Below, in pieces: positions 1 to 10,437 of a stretch of DNA of 60,527 nucleotides. The notes under the pieces were generated by a model. It did no database searches. It had not been told where the DNA came from and saw nothing but the letters and a program-made list of their open reading frames with translations. Made by a program: the position numbers and the translations under genes. Source of the DNA: a virus (Duplodnaviria; Caudoviricetes); IMG/VR virus record IMGVR_UViG_3300043811_000231, positions 1-60,527 of that record; one strand, written 5' to 3'. Numbering within the stretch: the first letter of the stretch is position 1; each line of letters starts with the position of its first letter.

Positions 1-127
1 AGTGTACGATGCGCCCCCGTCAATCGAGAGCCTCACTGAGTTGGACCCGTTGTTTTGGATCACAATCGTCTTATCGTACGGACCGGGCTTAATGATGGTT
101 TTGGCCGTGGTCGAAAGAGTCGTGACT
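1..127. repeat. Terminal direct repeat, identical to 60401-60527 (circular assembly overlap)
   Basis: Exact 127-nt identity of the two window ends; an ORF reads through the junction. Confidence 0.97.
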
Positions 128-213
128 TGGCCGACCGACGCTTGGAGTGAAGCGGCAACAGTAAAAACGACAGCTGTAAAAAACAGTCTGAAAAAACGAA
201 GTTTTGAGATCAT
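1..213 (-). CDS. 5' part of a junction-spanning 140-aa protein with signal peptide (small beta-sandwich, spike/fibre-base-like); continues at 60400 down to 60191
   Basis: ATG at 213 reads MISKLRFFRLFFTAVVFTVAASLQA-SVGQVTTLSTT...VIQNNGSNSVRL, in frame with the 60191..60463 ORF. Confidence 0.8.
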   Translation of the reverse strand, partial: MISKLRFFRLFFTAVVFTVAASLQASVGQVTTLSTTAKTIIKPGPYDKTIVIQNNGSNSVRLSIDGGASYT

Positions 214-243
214 TGGTTTGGAAGGATTACGGGTTACACTGAA

Positions 244-3159
244 CTACATTGAAATAGCCCCAAAAGTTTTAAACGTTGGTGATGCGATAGACCCTACCCA
301 CTGCCACCAAACCGTTCCATCGTTAACAAACCCAGAAGTAGCGCTCGGCGCACTCGAAGCGGTAGTCCCAGGAACGACGCACTTGTAAATGTTATTCCCC
401 ACCGTATAACGGTAATCTGAAAGTCGAACAGCCGTAGTCGCCGCCCACGCCCCATAATCGCCAGGCGCAAAACCGCCCGTAGCTGTAAATCCACCGGCCA
501 CCGTACAAACGAGCCCAATATACCCTCCCGCAGTCGGATTGGTTGCCAACACCTGATCACCCACACGCCAAATTCCAGTTGTAGGAGCGGTTGTTCCTGA
601 CTGATAAAACGTGCGAGGAAGCGTCTCTTGCTGAACTCCGTCAAAAAATGAAAGCTGATTCGAATTTACAATCACATCTCCAGTGCGAAGATCGTACGGG
701 CCGCTAACGACACCGCCTAGATCCGTATTCGGAATGATAAGGCGACCTGCGGAAACCGTTCCATGCGAGGACTCGTCCCGGTGTAGTAGATTATACCCGT
801 CAATCGCATACGGCCCGGTCTGAACGTACGTATGGTCCCGATTACGGCCGATCTGTAGCATCGTCACCGTTCCCTGCTGGTTGCTCCCTCCGTTCAACGT
901 CATTGCGCCCACGGAAACTTGAATATTGCCGGTAAGGCTGGAATTATAAGCCTCGAACGGAAGAGCGAACTGCGTACCCGCCCCGTAAATTCCTTTGGCC
1001 AAAAGATACCCATTTTGGTCAGTCACATTTACAACCACATATTGGTTAGTACCGCTATTTCCAAAAGGAACGCCGCCAGTAATAACATAACCGTCATTAC
1101 CAGTATCCGACGAAGACGAAATCGTCGTATTTTGATAAATCGTAGTCGCGGTCGTGTCGTACGCAGACCCACTGGTGGTCAGTCTAAACGCGTTGCCGCC
1201 CATCGCTGGCAAGTATGGAGGGTTTGTACTCGTGTTTGCAACGGTGACATTTGATCCGATCGTCCAACCTCCCGTGTTAGGATTGGAATTATAGGTCAAA
1301 AGGTTCTCAGGAGCTCCTGCTTCATCCTGATCAAAAATAAATTGGGAAGGCCCCGACCAAATCGAATAACTGCACTGTTCCTTGTGTATAAAGGAAGCAT
1401 TAGAACTTGTGTTTTCAAATAAACGACCACTAAAAATCGTATTTTTTTCACGCAGGCTTAAAAACTGAGCCTGATCTACCGCCAAACCGCCAGGATTTGT
1501 ATTGGGGTTGTTTATACTAAAAACACAATTATCTATAACGACGTTCGTATGCCCACCGCTGGTTTGAGTGTACGACGTATCACCGGATTGGTAGGACGCC
1601 GCTTCCACAATGTACGACCACGAAGCGTAATCAGACTGTGACTGCGTAGGTGCAACATACGCAACAGTCATCGAACCGTTGGTTTCATTCGCTTTGGTGG
1701 TAGTGGTTGGACCTGAAGAAGCCGAAGACGTACCACCAGAAACTACGCGATATGTGTTACCACCGTTCGTTAGAAACTGCTGTCCCTGATAAACCGTTGA
1801 AGCCGCCCAAGCCGTCAGAGTTCGTTGATTCATCCCGGCAAAACTGCAATCTCGGAACGTCACATTTCGTCCAGTACCGCCATTATTGTTAATTCGAAGT
1901 GCCACGGCGCACCCTTCCGAACGAACGCCGTTAAACGCAATAGGATCCCCCACACCCGTAAATTCCAAAGCAGCGCACATGTTCGGAGAAGACCCCCCGA
2001 TGCCGATGTTACCCCCATAAACATAAAACCCTGCGCCATTGTTGCCTTGAGATAAATTAGCCAACGGATTCAAAACTCGAATGCACGCCAATGGCCCCGT
2101 CTGAGCCGTCCCAGAATTCACGCCTATCGAACAGTCATAAACAGTGATACAAAACGAATCCCCGCCGTATACCGCGAGTCCGTACTGATTCGATTGAAAA
2201 TTACACCGGTAAAAAGAAATAAATTCCAGATTTCCGTTGGCCGGCTGCTGATTGATTTGAACACAAGTTGAAACGTTGTTCACGTAAACGTGGTCAAATC
2301 CTTCGGCACTCCCGTGACCTTGGAGGAGCACGCCGCATACGTTCCCATTGCCGTTAATCGAAAGATTTCGCAACATACTGGCGCGATCGTAGGTCTGGCT
2401 GCCCGTAACGCTATCAGGGACATAACAATCAAGTCCCGCAACCCAAGTCGTCGTGAGCCCCGCCGACCCACGCGTAAAAGTATAAACTCCCGCCGAAACT
2501 GAAAGCGTTCCGTGAATATTACCAATGGTTCCAGTTTCACTTCCAGATGCAAGCCACCCCGCCGGCGCCACAATAGTTGTGGCAGAACTATTGGCTCCTG
2601 CAATTGTCGCCCCAGTCGTAAGTTGAAACCCTGAATGTGCGCCCGTAAAAGTGTAGGCAAAAACAACCGCCGGAAGCGTAGTCGGACCAGTGTAAAGTAT
2701 CTGAGAATTCGAAGCGTTGTCCTGAACACCTTGGCCTTCTAATATAAAACCTGATACCCCGGCCGGAATAACAAGAGGCGCTGAAGTTTTACACGTAAAC
2801 CCAGCCGGAATATAGAGAATCCCGCCTTTCCCACCCGACGCCGCCACAGTGGCATTGATCGCAGCCTGAATCGCCGCCGTATCATCGGTTGTACCGTTGC
2901 CAACCGCTCCATACCACGCAACAGAAGCTTGAGTTGGTAAAATATTTTGCGGGAGCGGTCCCCACACCCCGTTCCCATACAAAATAGTGTTCGAAGAAGG
3001 GATCCCGGTACCGAGATTTGTTGGCGGCAAAACTGCCGATCCTTGAGTCAAAGATTGATTAAGCGTAAGTGTCCCGGTGATCGTAGGATTGACTAGCTGC
3101 GCACGACAAACCGTTAAAAACAACTCGCAAAAAAGAAGCATTCGTAAGAACCGTTTCAT
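244..3159 (-). CDS. Tailspike/depolymerase-like protein (pectate lyase 3 beta-helix) with N-terminal signal peptide
   Basis: WYGAVGNGTTDDTAAIQAAINA beta-helix cap; fibre motif GTGIPSSNTILYGNGVW; two W-A-A-x-T carbohydrate-binding-like modules; N-terminus MKRFLRMLLFCELFLTVCRA-Q. Confidence 0.8.
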   Translation of the reverse strand: MKRFLRMLLFCELFLTVCRAQLVNPTITGTLTLNQSLTQGSAVLPPTNLGTGIPSSNTILYGNGVWGPLPQNILPTQASVAWYGAVGNGTTDDTAAIQAAINATVAASGGKGGILYIPAGFTCKTSAPLVIPAGVSGFILEGQGVQDNASNSQILYTGPTTLPAVVFAYTFTGAHSGFQLTTGATIAGANSSATTIVAPAGWLASGSETGTIGNIHGTLSVSAGVYTFTRGSAGLTTTWVAGLDCYVPDSVTGSQTYDRASMLRNLSINGNGNVCGVLLQGHGSAEGFDHVYVNNVSTCVQINQQPANGNLEFISFYRCNFQSNQYGLAVYGGDSFCITVYDCSIGVNSGTAQTGPLACIRVLNPLANLSQGNNGAGFYVYGGNIGIGGSSPNMCAALEFTGVGDPIAFNGVRSEGCAVALRINNNGGTGRNVTFRDCSFAGMNQRTLTAWAASTVYQGQQFLTNGGNTYRVVSGGTSSASSGPTTTTKANETNGSMTVAYVAPTQSQSDYASWSYIVEAASYQSGDTSYTQTSGGHTNVVIDNCVFSINNPNTNPGGLAVDQAQFLSLREKNTIFSGRLFENTSSNASFIHKEQCSYSIWSGPSQFIFDQDEAGAPENLLTYNSNPNTGGWTIGSNVTVANTSTNPPYLPAMGGNAFRLTTSGSAYDTTATTIYQNTTISSSSDTGNDGYVITGGVPFGNSGTNQYVVVNVTDQNGYLLAKGIYGAGTQFALPFEAYNSSLTGNIQVSVGAMTLNGGSNQQGTVTMLQIGRNRDHTYVQTGPYAIDGYNLLHRDESSHGTVSAGRLIIPNTDLGGVVSGPYDLRTGDVIVNSNQLSFFDGVQQETLPRTFYQSGTTAPTTGIWRVGDQVLATNPTAGGYIGLVCTVAGGFTATGGFAPGDYGAWAATTAVRLSDYRYTVGNNIYKCVVPGTTASSAPSATSGFVNDGTVWWQWVGSIASPTFKTFGAISM

Positions 3160-3165
3160 TGAAAA

Positions 3166-3194
3166 ATTTAAATTTTTTACAGACTCTAAGTCAA
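3166..3194 (-). promoter_or_regulatory. Sigma70-like promoter directly upstream of the tailspike (probably leaderless mRNA)
   Basis: TTGACT-17nt-TTAAAT on the minus strand, 6 nt before the ATG. Confidence 0.5.
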
Positions 3195-3197
3195 GTT

Positions 3198-3914
3198 TTA
3201 ACCGAGAGATACGACCACAGAACTATCCGACGCCCCTATGCAGCGCAGGGTAATGCGTAACCACGCACCGGCAGCCAAAGTTGAAGGAAGAGCAAACCCG
3301 TTTGCCTGCTGCCACGACGAATTCCATGTTAGATTGATCGTTCCCCCCGTCGAATTATTTATATCCAAAACCTGAGACGCCCCTGCTAATACACCCAAAG
3401 ACCCCCCGGGAGAAAATGACGCCGACCCTGCCAGTACCGCCAATCCGTACGTGCCTGCTAAAAAAGTAACCTGGATATTTCCAGAAGACGCGTAATTATA
3501 TGGAACTGCGTTTCCAATATAACTATTAAAGTTCACGGCTTGCGATGGATTTGTAACAAACCCGGAAGCCCCTACATATACAGGACTGGCGGGAGCAATG
3601 CCAGTCCCTCCGACCCACCCAACCACCGCTAAAATAGGATTCCCCGAATAAATTATTATGGCCAGCACTGGCGACCACCCGTTTAACCCCGGGGTAGAAA
3701 CTACGGGCGGAAGTGGCGAAGTCGGTGTCGAAACTGTGATGCCGTTCGAACTCGCCGTTGGAATTTTTTGAACCGCCGTGTTTAATTGCTGTATAGCCAA
3801 GGCAACCTCATTAGCCCACTGCGCCACAGCCGCCTGGTATTGCCCTTCCGGAGAAGAAGGAGGCGCCACGACCCGCGGCGCATTATCAACCGAAATTGGA
3901 CTTACTAAAGCCAT
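3198..3914 (-). CDS. Virion tail/fibre-adaptor protein
   Basis: ATG overlaps upstream stop (TAATG); N-terminal coiled coil then beta-rich C-terminus; tail module context. Confidence 0.55.
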   Translation of the reverse strand: MALVSPISVDNAPRVVAPPSSPEGQYQAAVAQWANEVALAIQQLNTAVQKIPTASSNGITVSTPTSPLPPVVSTPGLNGWSPVLAIIIYSGNPILAVVGWVGGTGIAPASPVYVGASGFVTNPSQAVNFNSYIGNAVPYNYASSGNIQVTFLAGTYGLAVLAGSASFSPGGSLGVLAGASQVLDINNSTGGTINLTWNSSWQQANGFALPSTLAAGAWLRITLRCIGASDSSVVVSLG

Positions 3915-6328
3915 TAGTACACAGAGCCTGTTCGCCCATTCAAAGTCATTTTTGAAATACGCCAGCCACACCCGGCTTGATTGCTGTTTATACGCACCCG
4001 CAAGTAACGACCCGACCTCTGAATATTTACTTTAGTAATCACGTTTCCATCGCCGTTGACATTTAAATTAACCGGATTCGACCACACTACAGCGTCATCT
4101 AAATTATTACGTGACCCAAGTTGAACCGTAATTACGAACGGGTTGGCCTGCGGAACAAGTGGAAGTCCGGTCTGCAGCGAAATCATCAAAGTGTCGCCAT
4201 ACTTCCAAACTTGCGAATCTCCACCGTCCATATCCGGAGTTTCGTATTGGCAAAGCATCGCCACTCCGTCCCGGTCGTAATTTTGGTTTAAAACGGCCAA
4301 AGTTGGGTTCCCCACTGTCTCGTTGTTTTGAAACCCAGCGAGCATAAAATTGGTCTGAGAACCCGCAAACAAAGATTGCCATGTGGCTGACGCTGGCCAC
4401 GAACCCGGGTTCACCCAAGTGCCAAGCGCCACGGCCCATGTGATGTTCGGACTAAATTTGAGTCGTGAGAGTGCCGTTATCCCGTGCAATACTAACGAAG
4501 GATGAACGCTGGGATCGTAGTCGTCGATCGTGCACGAATCTTCGACATAGTTGTAAATAAAAACTCGGTACGGCGCGTCCGTGGACACCGTACCAGCCAC
4601 CGGATATACAAACCCGATCTCGAAATCCTGTTCGTTGTGATACCCGATAATCTCATCGGCCCGAGTCCGATCCAACTCTGCAAAAACTTCAACCGAATGC
4701 TGCCGTCCAATCGGTACCAATTGAGATCCGCCGGCATACCTATAAAACTCCCGGTTCCCAAAAATATACATGGTGTCGAGCCCAACCTTTGCGAAAGAAT
4801 ACCGCCCAATAAGTCCTTCATCCGTAACCTGCGGCCGAATAAAAAAAGTGCCTTGGGCGATTCCGACGTACTGCATCGATTGGATCGACCGATTTTTAAA
4901 AATGTATCCATAATCTCCCAACGTGTCACACCAAAGAATGGGGCCGTTGACGAGCACCCCTGCGTTTTGCAAAGCTCCCGCACCATTGGCATCCACGGAC
5001 AAAATCTGCGTACCGGAAGGAACAATGGTGCCTTGTGCCAAAACACCAGTCAGGTTCAAAGCTTCCATCTGAAACGCATTGTACTCTAGAAGTGGTGTGG
5101 CAAACGAGCCTGCAGCTGCCACGGCTGAAGTATTCGTCACAGCGACAAACGGCTGCGGCACAATGATCTCCCCGGCGTAATGAACCGTTGCCCCAGTGAA
5201 CCCAACACCGGTTGCCTGAAGAATAATCGTATTCGTTGACGAATTCACCGACACCACCAAGTAAATATCAGACCCGGCAAATGCAGACACCCCAACTGAT
5301 ACATACGTGCCTGGCAAATACTGAGGCGCTACCGCGGTACTGACTGTAACCTGTCCTCCCGGTGAAGGAATATTGAAATTTGCCGCCACCGCCGTTGCCA
5401 ATGTCCCAGGATCGATTGCCGCCGCCGAAACTTGCAAAACCGCCGAGTTGTTTTGAAAGTACAAAAATTCTCCGGTTTGATACGGAACAAAACTGTTGAT
5501 GTACACGTTCCCCGGCTGACCAGCAGGGATTCCCTGTGCATACCCGGCGACTTGACCATTCTGCCCAGTAATTGGAGCAACTGCAGAGACTTGAAAATAC
5601 GACGTGGTACCCCCGTACTGCATGCTCATAAACTGCCCCAGTGCGAGTAAAGATGCGGTCTGCGAATCGACAAAAATCCACCCCGTAGCGTCTCCAGCTT
5701 CTGGCATTGTGAAGGATTGGATCGTATTTAAAAGCGCAGAGGTAGCGGTTTCTCCCACGGGAATCCAGCAATCCATATTGTCCGTCGCACACCACTGCAA
5801 CAGGCTGTCATTCCATATTAAAACATAATCCCTGAATACGTTAACTCCTTTCCACTTCAAAGTAGGATCAAGGCCAATCACCGGAATAACTGTCCCGGTT
5901 CCATACCACTGCAATAGTATGGAATCAACCTGGGCAAAAACAACCCGGTTGAAAAACGTAGCTGCACTTATACGATTCTGAGAACTGGCAATATCATTTC
6001 CGAAATCGTATAATTGAGTCAGCACCGCGTCGGGAAAAACCGATGGGATTGAAATTGAATATATTTTTCGAGCCGTACCGATTATTCCGACATCTGAAGC
6101 CGGGTTATAAAACTGAGTTTGAAAAATCAAATTAACCGGAGAGTCCAACGGTTCATTTAACGACACGGATACGAACCCTTTTGCATTTTTAACAACGCCT
6201 TTTTCAAAACGAACATTAGACGCTACTGTAGCTGCACGAGGATCCGGTTCATCAGACGCCACGCGAGTGATCAGCCCCAATGTAGGAGCCGCCACCTTTA
6301 TCTCGAAACCTCCTCCAAGACGGCGCAT
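3914..6328 (-). CDS. Tail nozzle / tail tubular protein B (P22 gp10-like)
   Basis: 804 aa, beta-rich; N-terminal ASNVRFEKG and C-terminal RSGRYLRVRI motifs typical of podovirus nozzle proteins; synteny. Confidence 0.7.
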   Translation of the reverse strand: MRRLGGGFEIKVAAPTLGLITRVASDEPDPRAATVASNVRFEKGVVKNAKGFVSVSLNEPLDSPVNLIFQTQFYNPASDVGIIGTARKIYSISIPSVFPDAVLTQLYDFGNDIASSQNRISAATFFNRVVFAQVDSILLQWYGTGTVIPVIGLDPTLKWKGVNVFRDYVLIWNDSLLQWCATDNMDCWIPVGETATSALLNTIQSFTMPEAGDATGWIFVDSQTASLLALGQFMSMQYGGTTSYFQVSAVAPITGQNGQVAGYAQGIPAGQPGNVYINSFVPYQTGEFLYFQNNSAVLQVSAAAIDPGTLATAVAANFNIPSPGGQVTVSTAVAPQYLPGTYVSVGVSAFAGSDIYLVVSVNSSTNTIILQATGVGFTGATVHYAGEIIVPQPFVAVTNTSAVAAAGSFATPLLEYNAFQMEALNLTGVLAQGTIVPSGTQILSVDANGAGALQNAGVLVNGPILWCDTLGDYGYIFKNRSIQSMQYVGIAQGTFFIRPQVTDEGLIGRYSFAKVGLDTMYIFGNREFYRYAGGSQLVPIGRQHSVEVFAELDRTRADEIIGYHNEQDFEIGFVYPVAGTVSTDAPYRVFIYNYVEDSCTIDDYDPSVHPSLVLHGITALSRLKFSPNITWAVALGTWVNPGSWPASATWQSLFAGSQTNFMLAGFQNNETVGNPTLAVLNQNYDRDGVAMLCQYETPDMDGGDSQVWKYGDTLMISLQTGLPLVPQANPFVITVQLGSRNNLDDAVVWSNPVNLNVNGDGNVITKVNIQRSGRYLRVRINSNQAGCGWRISKMTLNGRTGSVY

Positions 6329-6329
6329 T

Positions 6330-7019
6330 TTAAGTTTTAATTATGAATGAAAGCCCCAACGAAGGCTGAAGATTGTTGTGCGGCGACCCTCCCCCGGCAG
6401 AACCAGAGTTAACACTGTTCACGTTCGCCCAAATCGGATTTGCACCCGCTGTTCCGTTCAAACTGGCATATTGATTAACCGAATGTGTATGCGGAGGAAT
6501 TTCTCCTATTACGAGGGTATGCTGCTCTTCGCCGAGTTGTTCTCCCAAAGTCCACGTCGTGGCAGAACCGCCTGTGCCCAACCCAAGACCGACTGGAGTT
6601 CGCCCACGCATGTCAGGAAGTCCGAAAGTAGAAGACCCGTCACCCCCAAAGGTTGTGCCGAGCAAAGTAGCCAAGGCAGGATATGAAGTGATCAGTTGCG
6701 TGCTTCCGTTGCAAGTCAACCAGCCGCTGGGTGCCGTAACCGCTCCATACATAATGATCATTCCCGAAACCAAATTTCCAGGCGTGGCCCAAACCGGCGT
6801 AGTAGAAGCGCCCGTCGAAGTCACAACTTGGCCTGCCGTTCCGTATGGCGTCGGGAGCGCCCCGGGTACCTGCGATGCCAGAAGCAGTCCGGTTGTCATG
6901 TCGAACGACACCGACAAAAAATTTATGATCAACTGGGTCAGCGCACGAATTGCCGCTGCCCCGGCAGACACAGCGGAATTGTCCGCTGGAGAGGTGGGAT
7001 CGAAGGGTGTGAGTGGCAT
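6330..7019 (-). CDS. Tail collar domain fibre protein
   Basis: GMIIMYG...APSGWLTCNG...YPALATLLGTTFGGDGSSTFGLPDMRGR and HNNLQPSLGLSFIIKT motifs. Confidence 0.9.
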   Translation of the reverse strand: MPLTPFDPTSPADNSAVSAGAAAIRALTQLIINFLSVSFDMTTGLLLASQVPGALPTPYGTAGQVVTSTGASTTPVWATPGNLVSGMIIMYGAVTAPSGWLTCNGSTQLITSYPALATLLGTTFGGDGSSTFGLPDMRGRTPVGLGLGTGGSATTWTLGEQLGEEQHTLVIGEIPPHTHSVNQYASLNGTAGANPIWANVNSVNSGSAGGGSPHNNLQPSLGLSFIIKT

Positions 7020-7022
7020 AAG

Positions 7023-7709
7023 TTAGAACCCCATCATACGGGAGGTGCGCCCGCGCACGCTGTGCGAATTGTCGTCCGCAGACGCCTGGGAAAAATAAGC
7101 CGCCGTCATTTTCAAAGCTTCGTTTTTTCCGGCAATCGAATCAGGATCAGACCCAAGCGAATAAACGAGCGCTTTGCACTGCTCCAAAATCAACATTGGG
7201 TACCGTTTCATCAAATCGTTTTCATCCGTCGGATTTACCACCGGTGACAAAAATGAGTAGGTGTCCACACTGAAAGTCGTATCAGGAGGAAGGGAACCTT
7301 CGTCCATAGGACCGGGAAAATAAATCGTCCATTGGTTGTTATTGGTTGGGTCCTGCTCAAGATACGCCGTACGTTCCGCCACGTTGATCCCAATTTGCGT
7401 CAACCGCATCACCTCCTGCCGGGTGAAAATGCGCCAAATGCTGTTCCCGTACGGCGCCCCGGTGGTGGCATACAGTGCGTTCGGACCGCTCTGCAATTCT
7501 TTAAACGTCGTCGGTAGCGCGTAAGAAAACGGCCCTGGACCAGACACATCCAAATTAAACGAAATCGTCAGCTTCATGCAATTGAACGAGCGCCGCTGTT
7601 GAATCTGGTTCAACCCTTCGTTGATCAGCGCGGGGATAGTGCCCAGCCAAGCCTCCTGCCTTGATCCAAGACCGACTGCCACCAGCGCCGATAAAGTTTG
7701 GAGGTTCAT
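7023..7709 (-). CDS. Head-tail adaptor / tail tubular protein A-like (paralog 2)
   Basis: Size, synteny, YALPTTFKELQ motif; paralog of 7706..8350. Confidence 0.65.
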   Translation of the reverse strand: MNLQTLSALVAVGLGSRQEAWLGTIPALINEGLNQIQQRRSFNCMKLTISFNLDVSGPGPFSYALPTTFKELQSGPNALYATTGAPYGNSIWRIFTRQEVMRLTQIGINVAERTAYLEQDPTNNNQWTIYFPGPMDEGSLPPDTTFSVDTYSFLSPVVNPTDENDLMKRYPMLILEQCKALVYSLGSDPDSIAGKNEALKMTAAYFSQASADDNSHSVRGRTSRMMGF

Positions 7710-8350
7710 GTTTTCTGCTGGGTCATACGCGCCATCGCCACAGCCAAGTCCATCCCTGTTTCCACGGCGAACTCTTTCGTGAATTGGTTTTCATGCAACT
7801 GATAAACAGGGTCGTTGATCGACTCGAACGCAATCGATGCAGCTTTCAAACGAACTAAATTGAAAAAATAGGTGATCAGAGGTGTCGTCTGAGTTGGATC
7901 CGTCACCGCCGACGGATACGCAAAATAATAAATTTGGTTGAGCGTGTGAAGCGCCGTTGCCGGCGCTGGAAGATCGACATAAAAATTCGGGGTACCTCCA
8001 GTATAATCCTGGGTGTAAATGAAACTAAGCGGAGGAACAAGTCCTGCGCCGAGTAACTTCTCAACTTCCGCACGACTGAACACCGGAACAAGAACTCCTG
8101 GGTTCGATCCCACGGTATCAAAAATCGGGTATCTCCCATCTTGGAGCTCTTTAAAATCGGCCGGCAAACTCGCCCGGGTCTGTCCGATCGCCACGGAACC
8201 CGTACCAGTGGCTTTCATCTGTTCAAACGAGTGCATCTCCGCGATCTTGTGCACCGCATCGTTAACGAACCCGAGGTACCGCGGCAAGAGGTCGTCCCGT
8301 TGAACCGTAGTTACGAGGTAGTTTACAACGTCTTGGAAGGTGAGAGCCAT
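7706..8350 (-). CDS. Head-tail adaptor / tail tubular protein A-like (paralog 1)
   Basis: MALTFQDVV start; FVNDAVHKI, SLPADFKELQ motifs; position downstream of capsid gene. Confidence 0.65.
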   Translation of the reverse strand: MALTFQDVVNYLVTTVQRDDLLPRYLGFVNDAVHKIAEMHSFEQMKATGTGSVAIGQTRASLPADFKELQDGRYPIFDTVGSNPGVLVPVFSRAEVEKLLGAGLVPPLSFIYTQDYTGGTPNFYVDLPAPATALHTLNQIYYFAYPSAVTDPTQTTPLITYFFNLVRLKAASIAFESINDPVYQLHENQFTKEFAVETGMDLAVAMARMTQQKT

Positions 8351-8429
8351 GGTGAAAAAGAAAACGGCAGTGATCCTTGCGCGAGCAAGAACCACCGCCG
8401 GTTAAAATACCCGCGGGACGCGGAAAGGG

Positions 8430-8636
8430 TTATACGCCGTGGACGGTGTCGGGCGCAGCGCCGCGCTTGGACGGGTCGTTGGAATCGTTGATGCCGCCCT
8501 TGCCAGTCTCAGTCTTTTCCGGAGGCATGCCGCCGAGCGTTTCGATCTGCTCTTTGGGATTGCGTGAGGGCGAATTGACTTTGCCGGAAGACGGCACTTT
8601 CACGCCGCCCGATTTTTCATTGAAGGCTTTGGCCAT
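8430..8636 (-). CDS. Small hypothetical protein, head module
   Basis: ORF fills gap in the structural operon with same-strand neighbours. Confidence 0.55.
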   Translation of the reverse strand: MAKAFNEKSGGVKVPSSGKVNSPSRNPKEQIETLGGMPPEKTETGKGGINDSNDPSKRGAAPDTVHGV

Positions 8637-8654
8637 GGTGGGAGTGGGTTGAAG

Positions 8655-9134
8655 TTACTGTTCGACGATATTGTATTTCTTGGCGACGGCGAGAATTTTC
8701 TGCGCCAGTTCGGAATCGCGGACGATGTGCAGCGCGCTCTTGAAGACGTACTCCGTCCCGTCGAGAAAAATGAGCTTTTCGCCAAAGTGAATGTTCTTCA
8801 CAAAGCGCCATTCGATTTTTACCTTCGGCACAACAGGCGCAGCCGGCTCTGCGTATTCTGGCTCTGTCGGGGCGATCGTCTCAGGTTTGGCCGGAATGAC
8901 GGCTTCCTTGGCCTGCAGTGGCGCCGCCGAGGGTGGAGGGGTTGCCAGCACGTCCGCAGCTGTCTGTGGCGCCGCGTCCTGTTCGCTAGCAGGCGGCGCT
9001 TCGAAGCCGGCCGCAGGAGGTTCGGGCGAAACAGGTTCCGCGGGCTTTGTCGAAGGCACGGAGCTCGGTATCTCCGGCGTATCTTCCGCAGAAGCCCCCA
9101 AGGCTTCTGCCGCGGTTACGATTTCTTTGGGCAT
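8655..9134 (-). CDS. Pro/Ala/Glu-rich hypothetical protein downstream of capsid gene
   Basis: Low-complexity N-terminus plus small globular C-terminus; operon context. Confidence 0.6.
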   Translation of the reverse strand: MPKEIVTAAEALGASAEDTPEIPSSVPSTKPAEPVSPEPPAAGFEAPPASEQDAAPQTAADVLATPPPSAAPLQAKEAVIPAKPETIAPTEPEYAEPAAPVVPKVKIEWRFVKNIHFGEKLIFLDGTEYVFKSALHIVRDSELAQKILAVAKKYNIVEQ

Positions 9135-9171
9135 GGCAGATACTATGGGCGCCGCGGCGCGCCCACGTCAA

Positions 9172-10383
9172 TTAGTTTCCGGTGATCAGCTGGAAATTGT
9201 ACGCATGCCCAAAGGCATTGGCGAACTTGAGCTTGATACCCAGCTTGGCGCGGAATTGCTCCTGATACGCATCCTGGCCCCGGGTCTGGATATTGCGTTC
9301 GAGGAAGAGCGGCTCCATCGTCTTTTGGACGATGTTGGGCATGTCGATGACAAACATCGAAGCCTGGTAGGCCGTGAGCTCTTGCAGGAGCGGGTGGAAG
9401 GTAAGTTCGAGAATGCCGAGCGGTGTCACGATGGTCGTGATGTTCATGCCGAACACCGTCTCGTTGTTCATGATCCTGAAACCGGCCGCGGCCGAGTTGG
9501 CGTAGTCGGATAAAGCCTGGAAAGCCAGCGGACCGCAGAGCCCGAGCTTTTGGTTCGAACCGAAGACCATGAAGCTGCGCAGCCACGCCTTGACGAGTGT
9601 AAGCGTTGTGCCGCCGGCACCGCCGCCATTCAGAATGTTGGTTGAAGCCAAACCTGCGCGGTTGATCGCATCACGCACGCCGCCGGTCTGGTAAATGTAG
9701 CCGTTGATGCCCACCAAGCGATTGCGCCGGCCGAGCAAAAATGCCTTCTCGATGTCACCGCAAATTTTTTCCAGTGCATAGATGCGCCGTTCCCGCAGCG
9801 GCCCTTCCATGTCGGAACGAAGCACCGTTCCCTTGAAGGCATTCGTAAGGAAGATGGACGAGTTGAAAGTCTCGACGAAATTTTTCAGCTCCTGGGGATT
9901 CTCGTATACGGCGCGCGTCGGCAGCGAACCTTCCTCCGCGGAGATGAACAGACGGCTCCACAGGTCAGCGTTGTTGATTGCCGCCGGGGTTGTGCCGGCA
10001 TGGCCACGCTCGACGGTGACACTGGCACTCGTGGCATCAGCCGTGACACGGATGTACTCACCTGTGCGCGAATTTTCCATGACGGTGTTGAGCGAGAGCC
10101 CTGCCCAGACCGCATTGCCGGCACCATCGTCCCAAGTGAGCGTGGTGGCCGTGGATGTGAAAGCGGCGTTCGAATAGAAATTCTGGCGGACCGGATCGCG
10201 CTCGAACCAGTTGAACTCCGTGGACTCGGCATTCTCCTTGCGGAGCATGGTCATGAGGGCGAAGAGAACGGCACCGTTTCCGATTCCCTTGGCATGGCGT
10301 ACAGTAACGTGTTGCTGCCACTCGCCGGTCAAATCATCCGTGTCAGCGTTTTGTACAGCAAGCAGGCCAGAAATTAAAGACAT
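9172..10383 (-). CDS. Major capsid protein (HK97 fold, SU10/DUF5309-like)
   Basis: 403 aa after scaffold; STEFNWFE, NFVETF, DIEKAFLLG, TGGV motifs; strong C-ending codon bias. Confidence 0.85.
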   Translation of the reverse strand: MSLISGLLAVQNADTDDLTGEWQQHVTVRHAKGIGNGAVLFALMTMLRKENAESTEFNWFERDPVRQNFYSNAAFTSTATTLTWDDGAGNAVWAGLSLNTVMENSRTGEYIRVTADATSASVTVERGHAGTTPAAINNADLWSRLFISAEEGSLPTRAVYENPQELKNFVETFNSSIFLTNAFKGTVLRSDMEGPLRERRIYALEKICGDIEKAFLLGRRNRLVGINGYIYQTGGVRDAINRAGLASTNILNGGGAGGTTLTLVKAWLRSFMVFGSNQKLGLCGPLAFQALSDYANSAAAGFRIMNNETVFGMNITTIVTPLGILELTFHPLLQELTAYQASMFVIDMPNIVQKTMEPLFLERNIQTRGQDAYQEQFRAKLGIKLKFANAFGHAYNFQLITGN

Positions 10384-10437
10384 GTGAGTAAGTAGTTGAG
10401 GTTGACGTTTTGTAAAACTTTCCTAGAGGAAACAAAA

